DNA from: an uncultured Ruminococcus sp.
GTDB taxonomy: Bacteria > Bacillota > Clostridia > Oscillospirales > Acutalibacteraceae
NCBI GenBank assembly: GCA_902803585.1
Contig: CADCQO010000145.1
Coordinates: forward strand, 1-44,916
DNA: 44,916 bases
Direction of reading: 5' to 3'
The notes beneath the pieces are model-generated. The model searched no databases. It was not told the origin of the DNA and was given only the letters and a program-made list of their open reading frames with translations. Position numbers and translations under genes: made by a program. Positions 1 through 9,000 of the stretch are shown in pieces. The first letter of the stretch is position 1; each line of letters opens with the position of its first letter.

Positions 1-423
1 AGAGCAACTGTTAAATGCTATGGTGCTGATGATGTACAGGATGTTGTTGCTATCATGCACATGGAGAACGTAGGTGTATCTATTACCGGTAACTCCACCA
101 ACCCCACCAGATTCCAGCATCCTGTTGCAGCTACCTATAAAAAAGAATGCATCGAGCAGGGTAAGAAGTACTTCTCCGTTGCTTCCGGCGGCGGTACAGG
201 ACGTACGCTGCACCCCGATAACATGGCTGCAGGTCCTGCTTCTTACGGCATGACTGATACTATGGGCCGTATGCACTCTGATGCACAGTTCGCAGGCTCC
301 AGCTCCGTTCCCGCTCACGTTGAAATGATGGGCCTGATCGGCATGGGCAACAACCCGATGGTTGGCGCAACTGTTGCTGTCGCAGTTAGTGTAGAAGAAG
401 CAGCGAAAGCAGGCAAGTTCTGA
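1..423 (+). CDS. GGGtGRT family protein, C-terminal part (5' end outside window)
   Basis: Frame 1 is open from nt 1 with no stop before the listed ORF at 55. The translation contains the family-defining string SGGGTGRTLHPDNMAAGPASYGMTDTMGRMH. A hairpin plus T-run follows. Confidence 0.75.
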   Translation, partial: RATVKCYGADDVQDVVAIMHMENVGVSITGNSTNPTRFQHPVAATYKKECIEQGKKYFSVASGGGTGRTLHPDNMAAGPASYGMTDTMGRMHSDAQFAGSSSVPAHVEMMGLIGMGNNPMVGATVAVAVSVEEAAKAGKF

Positions 424-449
424 TTTGCTGAGCAAGAATAACTGACAGG

Positions 450-485
450 GAACCGATTGTCCTGCGGGGCGATCGGTTCTTTTTT
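450..485 (+). terminator. Rho-independent terminator after the GGGtGRT gene
   Basis: Stem gaaccgat (450-457) pairs with atcggttc (472-479), followed by tttttt (480-485). Confidence 0.7.
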
Positions 486-689
486 ATCGTTCTGGCCTGA
501 AAGGGGGAACTGTTCCCCTGACAAAAGAGGGAGCTTTCTTATCCGTGTGAAGCAAAACGCCCAAAAGCCAGATAAGCATCATAGCTTGTAACCACAGCAG
601 ATAAATTCAAGTGCAGTACATACAGAAGGCGTATGATAATATCAGGAAAAACGCGTTGACAAATATAGGTTTCTGGTGTAAATCACGAT

Positions 690-729
690 AAAAAAACACG
701 GGCTGTCCGTAACAAGACAGTCCGTGTTC
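690..729 (-). terminator. Rho-independent terminator of htpG
   Basis: On the minus strand, AACACGGaCTGTC...GACAGcCCGTGTT (plus-strand 695-707 / 717-729) is followed by a 7-nt T-run (plus-strand A-run about 690-696). It lies just downstream of the htpG stop at 752. Confidence 0.7.
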
Positions 730-751
730 TTGCGCTGCGAAAAAGCAGAAT

Positions 752-2593
752 TTACAGCAGGTTCATGACCTGTACACTTCTCATAATAAAGCCTTCCATC
801 TCTGCGGCGGTCAGTTTACGCTGACTCATGAGAGCCAGATCAAAGATATGACGGCAAACGAGGTTTCTTGTGTCTTCTTCAAAATCTGTCAGATGCTGTA
901 CAATGCTGTTATTGGTATTGATGATCAGTGTTTCAGAGGCAGGGCCTGCTTCTCCGAACATATTGCCGTAAATCTTGCTGATATCGCTCATACGGCGTTC
1001 ATATTCATTGATAGTCAGGATAGCAGGTGTATCGGCAGTTTTCAGGTTTTCTGCCGTTACTGTAAGTTTTTCCATGCCAAGTGCATCTTTGAAATACTGG
1101 ATCAGTTTGTCATCAGATTCCTGATGTTCAGAAGAATCCTCTGTTTTGAGTGCCTCGCCGACTTCTGAATCAATGCGTACCAGTTTAGTGCCCGATTCCA
1201 TATATTCAAGGAAGGTGACAAAATGTGCGTCAATATTATGCTCGAGAATGACAGCCTCCAGATCATTTTCCTTGAAGATTTTAATATACTGTCCCTGTAC
1301 ATCGGTAGAAGAAACATAATAAATTTTATTATCCTGCTTTTTAAGTTCATCAAAGGTCTTATACTCGCCGTTAATAGTTTTGAAAAGAATGATGCCTTTG
1401 ATTTTTTCGTAGAATTTTTCATCTTTGATACAGCCGAACTTAATAAAGGGAGAAATATCGTCCCAGTAGCTTTCGTAGGATTTACGCTCGCTGTTAAAGA
1501 CCGAGATAAGTTTGTCCGCAACTTTTTTGGTAATATGTCTGGAAATCTTAGCAACTTCACCGTCATTCTGCAGGAAAGAACGGGAAACATTCAGCGGCAG
1601 ATCGGGGCAGTCGATCACGCCTTTGAGAAGCATAAGAAATTCAGGAACAACTTCCTTGATATTATCTGCAATATAAACCTGATTAGCAAAGAGCTTGATT
1701 TCACCGGGCATTACCTGCAGTTTGTCTGTCTGCTTCGGAAAATACAGAATACCCTTCAGCCGGAACGGATAATCCACATTCAGGTGAATCCAGAACAGCG
1801 GCAAATTCATATCAGTAAAGGTTTCACGGTAGAAGTCCTCATATTCTTCTGTAGTACAATCCTTCGGTGCCTTCAGCCAGAGGGGAGCAGTATTGTTAAA
1901 AGGTTTTTCCGGTACTTTTTCAGCGGCATCAGCAGTATCGCCGGCAGTCTGTTCTGTTTCTTCCTTTACCACATGAAAATAAATTTCGTAGGGCATGAAG
2001 TGGCAGTATTTACGCAGAATTTCTCTGAGTTTGAATTCACTCAGGAACTCTTTGCCGTCTTCGGAAATGTGCATAATGATACTTGTACCGATGGTATCTT
2101 TTGTACCTTCACCAATCTCATAAGTATGGCTGCCGCTGCTTTCCCAATGAACAGGTGCAGCGTCCTTCTGATAGGACAGCGTTTCGATTTCTACATTTTC
2201 AGATACCATGTAAGCAGAATAGAAGCCCAGTCCGAAATGACCGATAATACCGCCTTCAGCATCTGTCTGTTCCTTATATTTATCAAGAAACTCCTGTGCA
2301 CCGGAAAAAGCAATCTGAGCAATATACTTTTCGACTTCTTCTTCCGTCATGCCGATACCGTTATCAGTCACCGTAAGTGTCTTTGCCTTTTCATCAAGGG
2401 TAATGTCAATTCTTGGTGTGATGCCGAGATCTTCTGCTTCACCGATCTGACACAGACTCTGATACTTTTTGATAGCATCGCAGGCATTGGCTACAATTTC
2501 ACGGATAAAAATGTCCTTATCGGAATAGAGCCATTTTTTGATAATCGGAAACAAATTTTCCGAATCGACTGTAATCTGACCTTCTCTTTTCAT
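752..2593 (-). CDS. htpG: Molecular chaperone HtpG (Hsp90 family)
   Basis: Full-length Hsp90/GHKL similarity (ENLFPIIKKWLYSDKDIFIREIVANACDAIKK, TDNGIGMT, GHFGLGFYSAYMV). Start trimmed from 2677 to the ATG at 2593 (MKREGQITV...), which is preceded by GGAGG on the minus strand (tacGGAGGtaaacccaaaATG). Confidence 0.95.
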   Translation of the reverse strand: MKREGQITVDSENLFPIIKKWLYSDKDIFIREIVANACDAIKKYQSLCQIGEAEDLGITPRIDITLDEKAKTLTVTDNGIGMTEEEVEKYIAQIAFSGAQEFLDKYKEQTDAEGGIIGHFGLGFYSAYMVSENVEIETLSYQKDAAPVHWESSGSHTYEIGEGTKDTIGTSIIMHISEDGKEFLSEFKLREILRKYCHFMPYEIYFHVVKEETEQTAGDTADAAEKVPEKPFNNTAPLWLKAPKDCTTEEYEDFYRETFTDMNLPLFWIHLNVDYPFRLKGILYFPKQTDKLQVMPGEIKLFANQVYIADNIKEVVPEFLMLLKGVIDCPDLPLNVSRSFLQNDGEVAKISRHITKKVADKLISVFNSERKSYESYWDDISPFIKFGCIKDEKFYEKIKGIILFKTINGEYKTFDELKKQDNKIYYVSSTDVQGQYIKIFKENDLEAVILEHNIDAHFVTFLEYMESGTKLVRIDSEVGEALKTEDSSEHQESDDKLIQYFKDALGMEKLTVTAENLKTADTPAILTINEYERRMSDISKIYGNMFGEAGPASETLIINTNNSIVQHLTDFEEDTRNLVCRHIFDLALMSQRKLTAAEMEGFIMRSVQVMNLL

Positions 2594-2637
2594 TTTGGGT
2601 TTACCTCCGTATTTTGAAAATAATATGATCAAAGTGT

Positions 2638-5493
2638 TCATTCCGCATCTGCATGTGACATATTTCTTTCCAGCCACTGTTGATACGTCATCAGCACTTG
2701 TCTTGGCTTTGAACCTTCGTGAGGACCGACAATTCCCATTTGTTCCATCTCATCAATGAGGCGTCCTGCCCTTGCATAACCCAGCCGCAGACGGCGCTGT
2801 AAGAGGGAAGTAGAGGCTTGTCCGGCTTCTATAACACATTGAATAGCCTGTTGCATCATAGGGTCTGCATTGCTGTCATCGTCAGTATCAGTTTGTCTTG
2901 AACTGTTGTCAGCTACAGCATTTGCCTCAATTTCATCAATGACACGCTTGTCATATTCGACCGCCTTATTATGCTTGACAAATTCCACAATGCTTTCAAT
3001 TTCGTCATCATTGACAAAACAGCCCTGTACACGGACAGGCTTTGTCGTACCGATAGGAGAAAACAGCATATCGCCCTTTCCGAGCAGTTTTTCTGCACCG
3101 CCCGAGTCCAGAATAGTACGGGAATCGATCTGTGATTTTACTGCGAAGGCGATACGGCTGGGGACATTTGCTTTAATCAGACCGGTGATAACATCGACAG
3201 ACGGCCTTTGTGTAGCGATAACCAGATGCATACCGGCGGCACGAGCCATCTGCGCCAGACGGCAGATAGATTCTTCGACTTCATTCGGCGCAGCCATCAT
3301 CAGGTCAGCCAGCTCATCAATGACAATGACAATCTGACACATTTTTTCGAGCTTGCGTTTCTCTTTGGCATCCTGATTTTCCTGTTTCAGTTCAGCTTGT
3401 GCCTGTGCCAGCATTTCGTCCTCTTCAAACGTGCGTTCTTCCCCATCTGAAGTATTTTCTTCGGCCTCTGCATTCTGTTTATCCACCAGACGGTTATATC
3501 CGCTCATATCTCTGACGTTATATTCCGCAAAGGTCTTATAGCGTTCCAGCATTTCATTGACTGCCCAGCTTAATGCGCCGGCCGCCTTACGGGGATCTGT
3601 CACAACAGGCACGAGTAAATGGGGAATACCATTGTAAACGCCCAGTTCTACCACTTTGGGGTCAATCAGCATCAGCTTGACTTCTTCAGGGGTTGCTTTA
3701 TACAGAAGGCTGACCAGCATAGAATTGATACACACGGATTTACCGGAACCAGTAGAACCGGCAATCAGCAGATGCGGCATTTTTGCGAGGTCTGCCAAAG
3801 TGATATTTCCTGTAATATCCTCGCCCAGTGCGACGGTCAGCCTGCTTTTAGCTGTCTGAAATTCAGGAGATTCCACAAGGCTTCTCATTTTTACGATGGT
3901 GACGTGTTTGTTCGGTACTTCAATACCTACGGCATTTTTACCGGGGATAGGTGCTTCGATGCGCACACCTGTAGCCGCCAGATTCATAGCGATATCGTCC
4001 GCCAGATTGGTGATTTTGCTGATTTTTACGCCGGAAGCAGGCTGCAGCTCATAACGGGTAACGGAAGGTCCCCGACTGATGTTCATGATCGTAGTCTGTA
4101 CGCCAAAGCTCTTGAGAGTGTCGACCAGCGTGGTAGCACTTTGATGAAGTTCCTCAGAAATGTTTTCTTCTTCATCGTCCACCGGCATTTCCAGAAGTGT
4201 AAACGGCGGTTTAATGTACTGTCCTTCTATGATCGGATTAGGATCGGGGCTGAACTTTGGCACTGTCGGTTCTTCATAGACCGGCACATTTTTTGAAAGT
4301 TCGGCAGATTTTTTAGGAGCGGCAGCTTTTGGTGCAGTAAATGACGGAACTGGCTGTGTACGTGCAGCAGCTGTCTTGGGAACAGCTGTTCTGGGCGCAT
4401 TACCGGTTGTTCTGGACGCAGAAGCCGTGCCGAAAACGGTATGTATAGCATCATCATATTTTCCGGTAGCAGGCGGTGCATTCGGATTTTCCCTTCTCAG
4501 CAGTGCGGCAATATCAATGGTATCTTCCTCCGGAATACTGTTAAGAGGTTCTTCCGTAACAGACATTTTTGGTTTTCTGGCTTTTTTGGGCAAAGTAACT
4601 TCAGGTTCCGTGTTTTCAGGCTTACCGGCAGCCGGTGTGGTGACAGTACCATATTTCCGCAGATAAGGATCGGAAGAAGTGCTGCTTTCCGGTTCATAGA
4701 TAGGTGTTTTGTTGATGCGCCGATAACCGGAATCTGCGGATTTTTTCTTGGCAGCATTGACTTTTTCCGCTACCTTGCGCTGAACATACTCTTCGTGGGC
4801 TTTCTGACGGTTTTCCGCCTTGATTTTTTGCGTTTCTTCACGGACTTTTGTTCTGATTTCCCTGTGTTCGCTGATACGTTCACTGACAGGCTGTTTGATT
4901 TTGTCAATCATATTGATAAACAGAGCTTCAAACGACATATACAGGAAGAAAAGTAATATAATCACAGCAAGCAGACCTCCTGCTACTGCGCCGAATAATT
5001 TTGCTAACGGAATGCCCAGCACACCGCCCATAAAACCCGTACTGCACCGCAGATAGCCGTTATGATAGCAGTTTATGAGTTCTGTTCCGTAATCTGCCAG
5101 TTCCATACCGGAAGAGCTAAAAGCATAAATGACTGTATCCAGCATAAAGACGGTACCGGAAAGGAAAAATACCTTCAGAGGAAAACGGTAAGTCGATTTT
5201 TCCTGAAACATCTGTACAGCGCAATATACTAAAATCAGCGGTATCAGGATACCTGAAAAGCCGAACACGCCCCAGTAACAGTCGTGCAAAGCCTTCCATA
5301 TTTTTTCACCCTCCAGAAAATAGAGAAGAATCACAAGCACAGTAATGGCTAACAATATGATTCCTCTGATGCAGCGGCTGCGTCTTACGGCGTAGGCGAC
5401 ATTTGCCTTGCTTTTTCGTGCAGAAGAGGTTTTTGTCTTTTTTGCAGCTGTTGTCTTTTTTCTGGTGCCGGATGTCGTTTTTTTATTTGCCAT
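2638..5493 (-). CDS. ftsK: DNA translocase FtsK/SpoIIIE
   Basis: 951 aa with N-terminal TM segments, a long low-complexity Pro/Ala/Thr linker and a C-terminal motor with Walker A (GSTGSGKS). It ends with a winged-helix gamma domain (LLQRRLRLGYARAGRLIDEME). SD GGAGGTGG lies upstream of the ATG at 5493. Confidence 0.95.
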   Translation of the reverse strand: MANKKTTSGTRKKTTAAKKTKTSSARKSKANVAYAVRRSRCIRGIILLAITVLVILLYFLEGEKIWKALHDCYWGVFGFSGILIPLILVYCAVQMFQEKSTYRFPLKVFFLSGTVFMLDTVIYAFSSSGMELADYGTELINCYHNGYLRCSTGFMGGVLGIPLAKLFGAVAGGLLAVIILLFFLYMSFEALFINMIDKIKQPVSERISEHREIRTKVREETQKIKAENRQKAHEEYVQRKVAEKVNAAKKKSADSGYRRINKTPIYEPESSTSSDPYLRKYGTVTTPAAGKPENTEPEVTLPKKARKPKMSVTEEPLNSIPEEDTIDIAALLRRENPNAPPATGKYDDAIHTVFGTASASRTTGNAPRTAVPKTAAARTQPVPSFTAPKAAAPKKSAELSKNVPVYEEPTVPKFSPDPNPIIEGQYIKPPFTLLEMPVDDEEENISEELHQSATTLVDTLKSFGVQTTIMNISRGPSVTRYELQPASGVKISKITNLADDIAMNLAATGVRIEAPIPGKNAVGIEVPNKHVTIVKMRSLVESPEFQTAKSRLTVALGEDITGNITLADLAKMPHLLIAGSTGSGKSVCINSMLVSLLYKATPEEVKLMLIDPKVVELGVYNGIPHLLVPVVTDPRKAAGALSWAVNEMLERYKTFAEYNVRDMSGYNRLVDKQNAEAEENTSDGEERTFEEDEMLAQAQAELKQENQDAKEKRKLEKMCQIVIVIDELADLMMAAPNEVEESICRLAQMARAAGMHLVIATQRPSVDVITGLIKANVPSRIAFAVKSQIDSRTILDSGGAEKLLGKGDMLFSPIGTTKPVRVQGCFVNDDEIESIVEFVKHNKAVEYDKRVIDEIEANAVADNSSRQTDTDDDSNADPMMQQAIQCVIEAGQASTSLLQRRLRLGYARAGRLIDEMEQMGIVGPHEGSKPRQVLMTYQQWLERNMSHADAE

Positions 5494-5620
5494 GGATATC
5501 GTTCCACCTCCAAAAAAAATGATACACCGAAATCTGACGGAATACCGCCGGATACATGGTCACAGACGGTTTCCGCAGAAAAAACGGTGCAGTTGACAGC
5601 GCATAAATTCTGAGGTTTTG

Positions 5621-6562
5621 TCAGAAGTTCAGCGGCTGCTGTGTGAATAAATTAGCGCCGGAGGCCAGTTCAATAATGCTGATAAGCAGAATCGTCAGAC
5701 CGATACCAGCTGTATAGAGGATAAAGATGTACATTCTGTTGGTTGAAAGCAGCCATCTGAACAGCAGAATAGCAAAGAAGCCTACCAATCCCGCACAAAC
5801 CATGCCAATTACCACATAAGCAGGGTTGATGCTGGAAAAACCTCCTTCCGAAGAGAAAACATCTTTTATTTCAAGAACAGCGGCTGCCAGAATAGCCGGC
5901 GTTCCCAAGAGAAAAGAATAGTCCAGTGCAGTGCGTTTGTCAAGTCCTCTCAGCTGGCTGGCAGCCAGTGTAGAACCGGAACGGGACAGGCCGGGACAAA
6001 TTGCGGCGGCGCATTGTGTAACACCTACGACAATCGCATCTGCAACAGTATAACGCTTTCTTTTCTTTTTGCGGTACCGTTTGCCGTCAATCACTTTGAT
6101 TTGCTGTTGTTTTTTGTTGCCAAAGAACAGTAAAAGACCGGTTGTCACCAAGGAAAGACCAACAATAAAGAAATAACCGTCCTGTGTGAATTTGTCTGCA
6201 AGATCCTTTAATTTGAGTCCTGTACCGGGAATGGGCAGAAAGAGCAGAAAAAGTGGCAGAAGTCCTACAAAAATCATCATAGCGAGATTTTCCTCTGCGG
6301 TCATCTCGCTCCATTTGAACTGTCGTTTGAAGATTTTTTTAATGATGCTGACAACAGAAGCAAAAAGTTTGATAATCAGCTTGATGTAGACCGTGACCAC
6401 TGCTGCCAGCGTACCGATATGCAGCATTACTGAAAAAGCCAGATTGTTTTCGGTAATGCCGGTAATATGCTGATAAATAGCAAGGTGGCCGCTGCTGGAA
6501 ACCGGCAGAAATTCAGTAAGTCCCTGAAGTATCCCCTGAAAGATAGCATCTAATAAATTCAT
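5621..6562 (-). CDS. uppP: Undecaprenyl-diphosphate phosphatase (UppP/BacA)
   Basis: N-terminal motif LTEFLPVSSSGHL and the second motif PGLSRSGSTL are present. The protein is multi-TM. At 313 aa it is longer than the usual 270-280 aa. Confidence 0.92.
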   Translation of the reverse strand: MNLLDAIFQGILQGLTEFLPVSSSGHLAIYQHITGITENNLAFSVMLHIGTLAAVVTVYIKLIIKLFASVVSIIKKIFKRQFKWSEMTAEENLAMMIFVGLLPLFLLFLPIPGTGLKLKDLADKFTQDGYFFIVGLSLVTTGLLLFFGNKKQQQIKVIDGKRYRKKKRKRYTVADAIVVGVTQCAAAICPGLSRSGSTLAASQLRGLDKRTALDYSFLLGTPAILAAAVLEIKDVFSSEGGFSSINPAYVVIGMVCAGLVGFFAILLFRWLLSTNRMYIFILYTAGIGLTILLISIIELASGANLFTQQPLNF

Positions 6563-6609
6563 GCTGTATGTACCCCCAAATCATTACGGCAGAGTATTTC
6601 TGCCGCTGT

Positions 6610-7368
6610 TTATGATGAACGCTCAGAAGAACGTACTTTGTCAATCATTCTGTAGAGAGCCTTGACAGCATCTCTCAGTGTACCGATATTGTTAATCAGT
6701 CCTTCTTTTACAGCTGCAGTACCGTCCAGTACCGTGCCGATATCCATAATCAGCTCGCCGGTATTGAGAGCCAGCTGATTGTAGCGTTCAGCAGTCATAC
6801 GAGAATGTGCTGTAACAAAATCAGTAATACGCTGCTGCATACGCTGAAAGTAATCAAAAGCCTGCGGTACACCAAGCATTGTACCGCTCATTCTGACAGG
6901 GTGGATAGTCATGGAAGCTGATTTTGCAATAAAGGACTTTTTCGCTGCTACTGCGATAGGCACACCAATTGAATGGCCGCCGCCTAATACCAGCGATACA
7001 ACGGGCTTTTTCATGCCCGCCATCATTTCGGCAATCGCCAATCCAGCCTCTACGTCACCTCCTGCGGTGTGCAGAATAACCAGCAAACCCTCAATTTCAG
7101 TGCTTTGTTCTGCGGCGATGAGCTGAGGAATGATGTGTTCGTATTTTGTGGTTTTGTTGCGGGGAGAGAGCATATAATGCCCTTCAATCTGACCGATAAT
7201 CGTCATACATTGAATGATGTACTCGCCATTATCAGAAATAATCGACCCCGTGTTGACAATTCTGTCGGCTGATACAGGAATATCCTCGCACGGCAGTTCT
7301 TTTTCCTTTTCTGTTTCCGTTTCTGTCATCGGCATTTCGCCGTCGGCAGAATAGCTGTTCGACTGCAT
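6610..7368 (-). CDS. ClpP/crotonase-fold TepA-like protease family protein
   Basis: ClpP-family core (IIGQIEGH..., LVILHTAGGDVEAGLAIAEMM, GGGHSIGVPIAVAA, MTIHPV) with an acidic N-terminal extension. Start trimmed from 7539 to the ATG at 7368 (MQSNSYSADGE...), preceded by AGGAGG (AGGAGGtgcgataaaATG). The longer version would overlap the upstream gene. Confidence 0.8.
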   Translation of the reverse strand: MQSNSYSADGEMPMTETETEKEKELPCEDIPVSADRIVNTGSIISDNGEYIIQCMTIIGQIEGHYMLSPRNKTTKYEHIIPQLIAAEQSTEIEGLLVILHTAGGDVEAGLAIAEMMAGMKKPVVSLVLGGGHSIGVPIAVAAKKSFIAKSASMTIHPVRMSGTMLGVPQAFDYFQRMQQRITDFVTAHSRMTAERYNQLALNTGELIMDIGTVLDGTAAVKEGLINNIGTLRDAVKALYRMIDKVRSSERSS

Positions 7369-7439
7369 TTTATCGCACCTCCTGCAGGATATTGTGTCCT
7401 GTTTGTGTGATAAAATGCTTTTGTCCGCACAGGTAAGCG

Positions 7440-7829
7440 TTACCAGCCAAACCGGCGGTACAGCCACTTGCACAGGGCATTGATAGGAATCGTCAGCAAG
7501 CCCCAGAGGAAGCTGTACAAAGCACAGATCTGCCCGCAAAAATTAAAACGCTGTTCCGAATAATCCCATACCTGCAGTTTCAGGCAATAGTTAAATAAGA
7601 ATCCAGAAAAAAATTCGATGATGGTAATGACCGTACTGCCGATACAACATTTCAGCCACAGAGAGCATACCGTCAGACACCGGAAGATACGATAGAGAAT
7701 AGTAAAGCATATGCCGCCGGTCAGCACCATAGACCAATGCGTATGCTTTCTCCATAAAATTTCCAGCAGTCCGTACAGGAAACCACCGACAGCGAAAAGT
7801 TTTCCCCAGCAGTTTTTTGATTGTTTCAT
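7440..7829 (-). CDS. Small polytopic membrane protein (resembles the 'putative ABC-transporter type IV' / PF06541-like family)
   Basis: 129 aa with about 4 predicted TM segments and a WDYS motif, which is typical of that family as I recall it. Family assignment is from memory only. Confidence 0.5.
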   Translation of the reverse strand: MKQSKNCWGKLFAVGGFLYGLLEILWRKHTHWSMVLTGGICFTILYRIFRCLTVCSLWLKCCIGSTVITIIEFFSGFLFNYCLKLQVWDYSEQRFNFCGQICALYSFLWGLLTIPINALCKWLYRRFGW

Positions 7830-7882
7830 ACCCGACTCACCCTGATTAGTGTATGTATGAAACGAAAAAATATAAGTATCGG

Positions 7883-8944
7883 TTATTTTTTTCTGTGAAT
7901 GAGTACTGCATAAATCACGATGCCAACAACAGCAGCGCCGGCCACAGAAAAAATAATATATACCACCAGATTAGGTACGGGAGCAGTGCTGTGCCTTTGC
8001 CGGTTCTGTGATTCATGCTGCTGCTGAAGGGCAATCTCCACATCTTGTACGATCATGTCAGCAATCAGCTGATGACCTGCCGCAGAAGGGTGGATATCAA
8101 GAGAAGAGATACTGGTCATTTCAGCGTACTTGTCCTTGAAAGCCTCCATAAGGTCGACAGCTGATACTTTGAAACCGTATTCTGCACTTTTGCAGAGACT
8201 CAGACACCGCTGTTCCAGATCCTGAAGTGTTTTCTGCAGAGCATCTGTCAGTTTGTTTTGGGGCAGGATAGATGCAGGATTGTAAGGGGTCAGCAGGAAA
8301 ATTTGAGCCTCACACCCAATCTCACGCATATAGGCAATCATTTCCTTGAGATTGCTTTCACATTTGAGTACAGCGTCCTGATAACGTGTCAGTACCTGTT
8401 CAGTAGTGCAAAGTTCAGCAAATTTGTTGATGAGTTCCTGCGTGGAGCTGTCTTTCCAAAGAGAAATGATGGTGTTTTCGACAGATACCAGATCAGAAAA
8501 ATCAATATGCACATTTTTCTGTGCAAATTCATCGCTCAAGCTGTAATAGGCACTGAATGCAGTTTCTCCCACAATAGATATGATATCATTGGCACCGGCA
8601 GAAATAACCACCAGATCCGCCCGTTCCAGAATACTCTTATCCGTTTTTTTGATATTTTCAAGAATTTCGCTGCTGGTGCGTCCGGATTTCGAACTGTTAA
8701 AAAAACTGTCATTGCCGCTGATATGATAATGTTCAGCTATCAGATTGGCAAAACTTCCCTTAGCCTGTGTCAGATCGTTCGGATCATATCCTGCCAGACC
8801 AAATCCCGCAGAAATGGAGTCGCCAAATATAGCTGCGGAACGAATTTCCGAGCTGTTTTCGTTAGTGTCTTCAGCCAGAACAGTGAGAGAGGAAAGCGAA
8901 ACGGCGAAAAGGAGTGTCAGCAGCAGACAAAATAATTTTTTCAT
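7883..8944 (-). CDS. Secreted, membrane-anchored SGNH/GDSL hydrolase
   Basis: N-terminal signal peptide (MKKLFCLLLTLLFAVSLSSLTVLA), GDSL block (IFGDSISAGFG), block III (ISAGANDI) and a C-terminal hydrophobic anchor (LVVYIIFSVAGAAVVGIVIYAVLIHRKK). SD AGGAGGG lies upstream. Confidence 0.75.
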   Translation of the reverse strand: MKKLFCLLLTLLFAVSLSSLTVLAEDTNENSSEIRSAAIFGDSISAGFGLAGYDPNDLTQAKGSFANLIAEHYHISGNDSFFNSSKSGRTSSEILENIKKTDKSILERADLVVISAGANDIISIVGETAFSAYYSLSDEFAQKNVHIDFSDLVSVENTIISLWKDSSTQELINKFAELCTTEQVLTRYQDAVLKCESNLKEMIAYMREIGCEAQIFLLTPYNPASILPQNKLTDALQKTLQDLEQRCLSLCKSAEYGFKVSAVDLMEAFKDKYAEMTSISSLDIHPSAAGHQLIADMIVQDVEIALQQQHESQNRQRHSTAPVPNLVVYIIFSVAGAAVVGIVIYAVLIHRKK

Positions 8945-9000
8945 AAAACCCCCTCCTTGGGTACGGCCCTGAAAGCTGTCAGCAAAGAGCCTCCGCCCAC

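Noticed and set aside
504-518. Perfect 15-nt palindrome ggggaac-t-gttcccc downstream of the first terminator
   Set aside because: It cannot form an RNA hairpin because the loop would be 1 nt. It is isolated, with no adjacent promoter or gene start, so it is too short to assign a binding protein.
656-690. TTGACA (656-661) with a possible TAAATC -10 on the plus strand, pointing into the htpG terminator and antisense htpG
   Set aside because: The -10 match is poor and there is no downstream plus-strand gene. It is probably a chance hexamer in an AT-rich intergenic region.
1223-2617. 464-aa plus-strand ORF, with shorter ones at 848..1168 and 1102..1590
   Set aside because: It is entirely antisense to, or nested within, htpG, which has an unambiguous homology-supported frame. 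The translation is low-complexity and Phe/Ile-rich, with no SD. This is a typical shadow ORF.
2594-2637. CIRCE or CtsR heat-shock operators upstream of htpG, and upstream of lon at 39232..39338
   Set aside because: No TTAGCACTC-N9-GAGTGCTAA repeat and no tandem GGTCAAA heptads are present in either region.
7369-7539. 57-codon N-terminal extension of the TepA-like ORF (track start 7539)
   Set aside because: The extension overlaps the 3' end of the upstream membrane-protein gene and is Cys/Val-rich with no homology. A perfect AGGAGG precedes the internal ATG at 7368.
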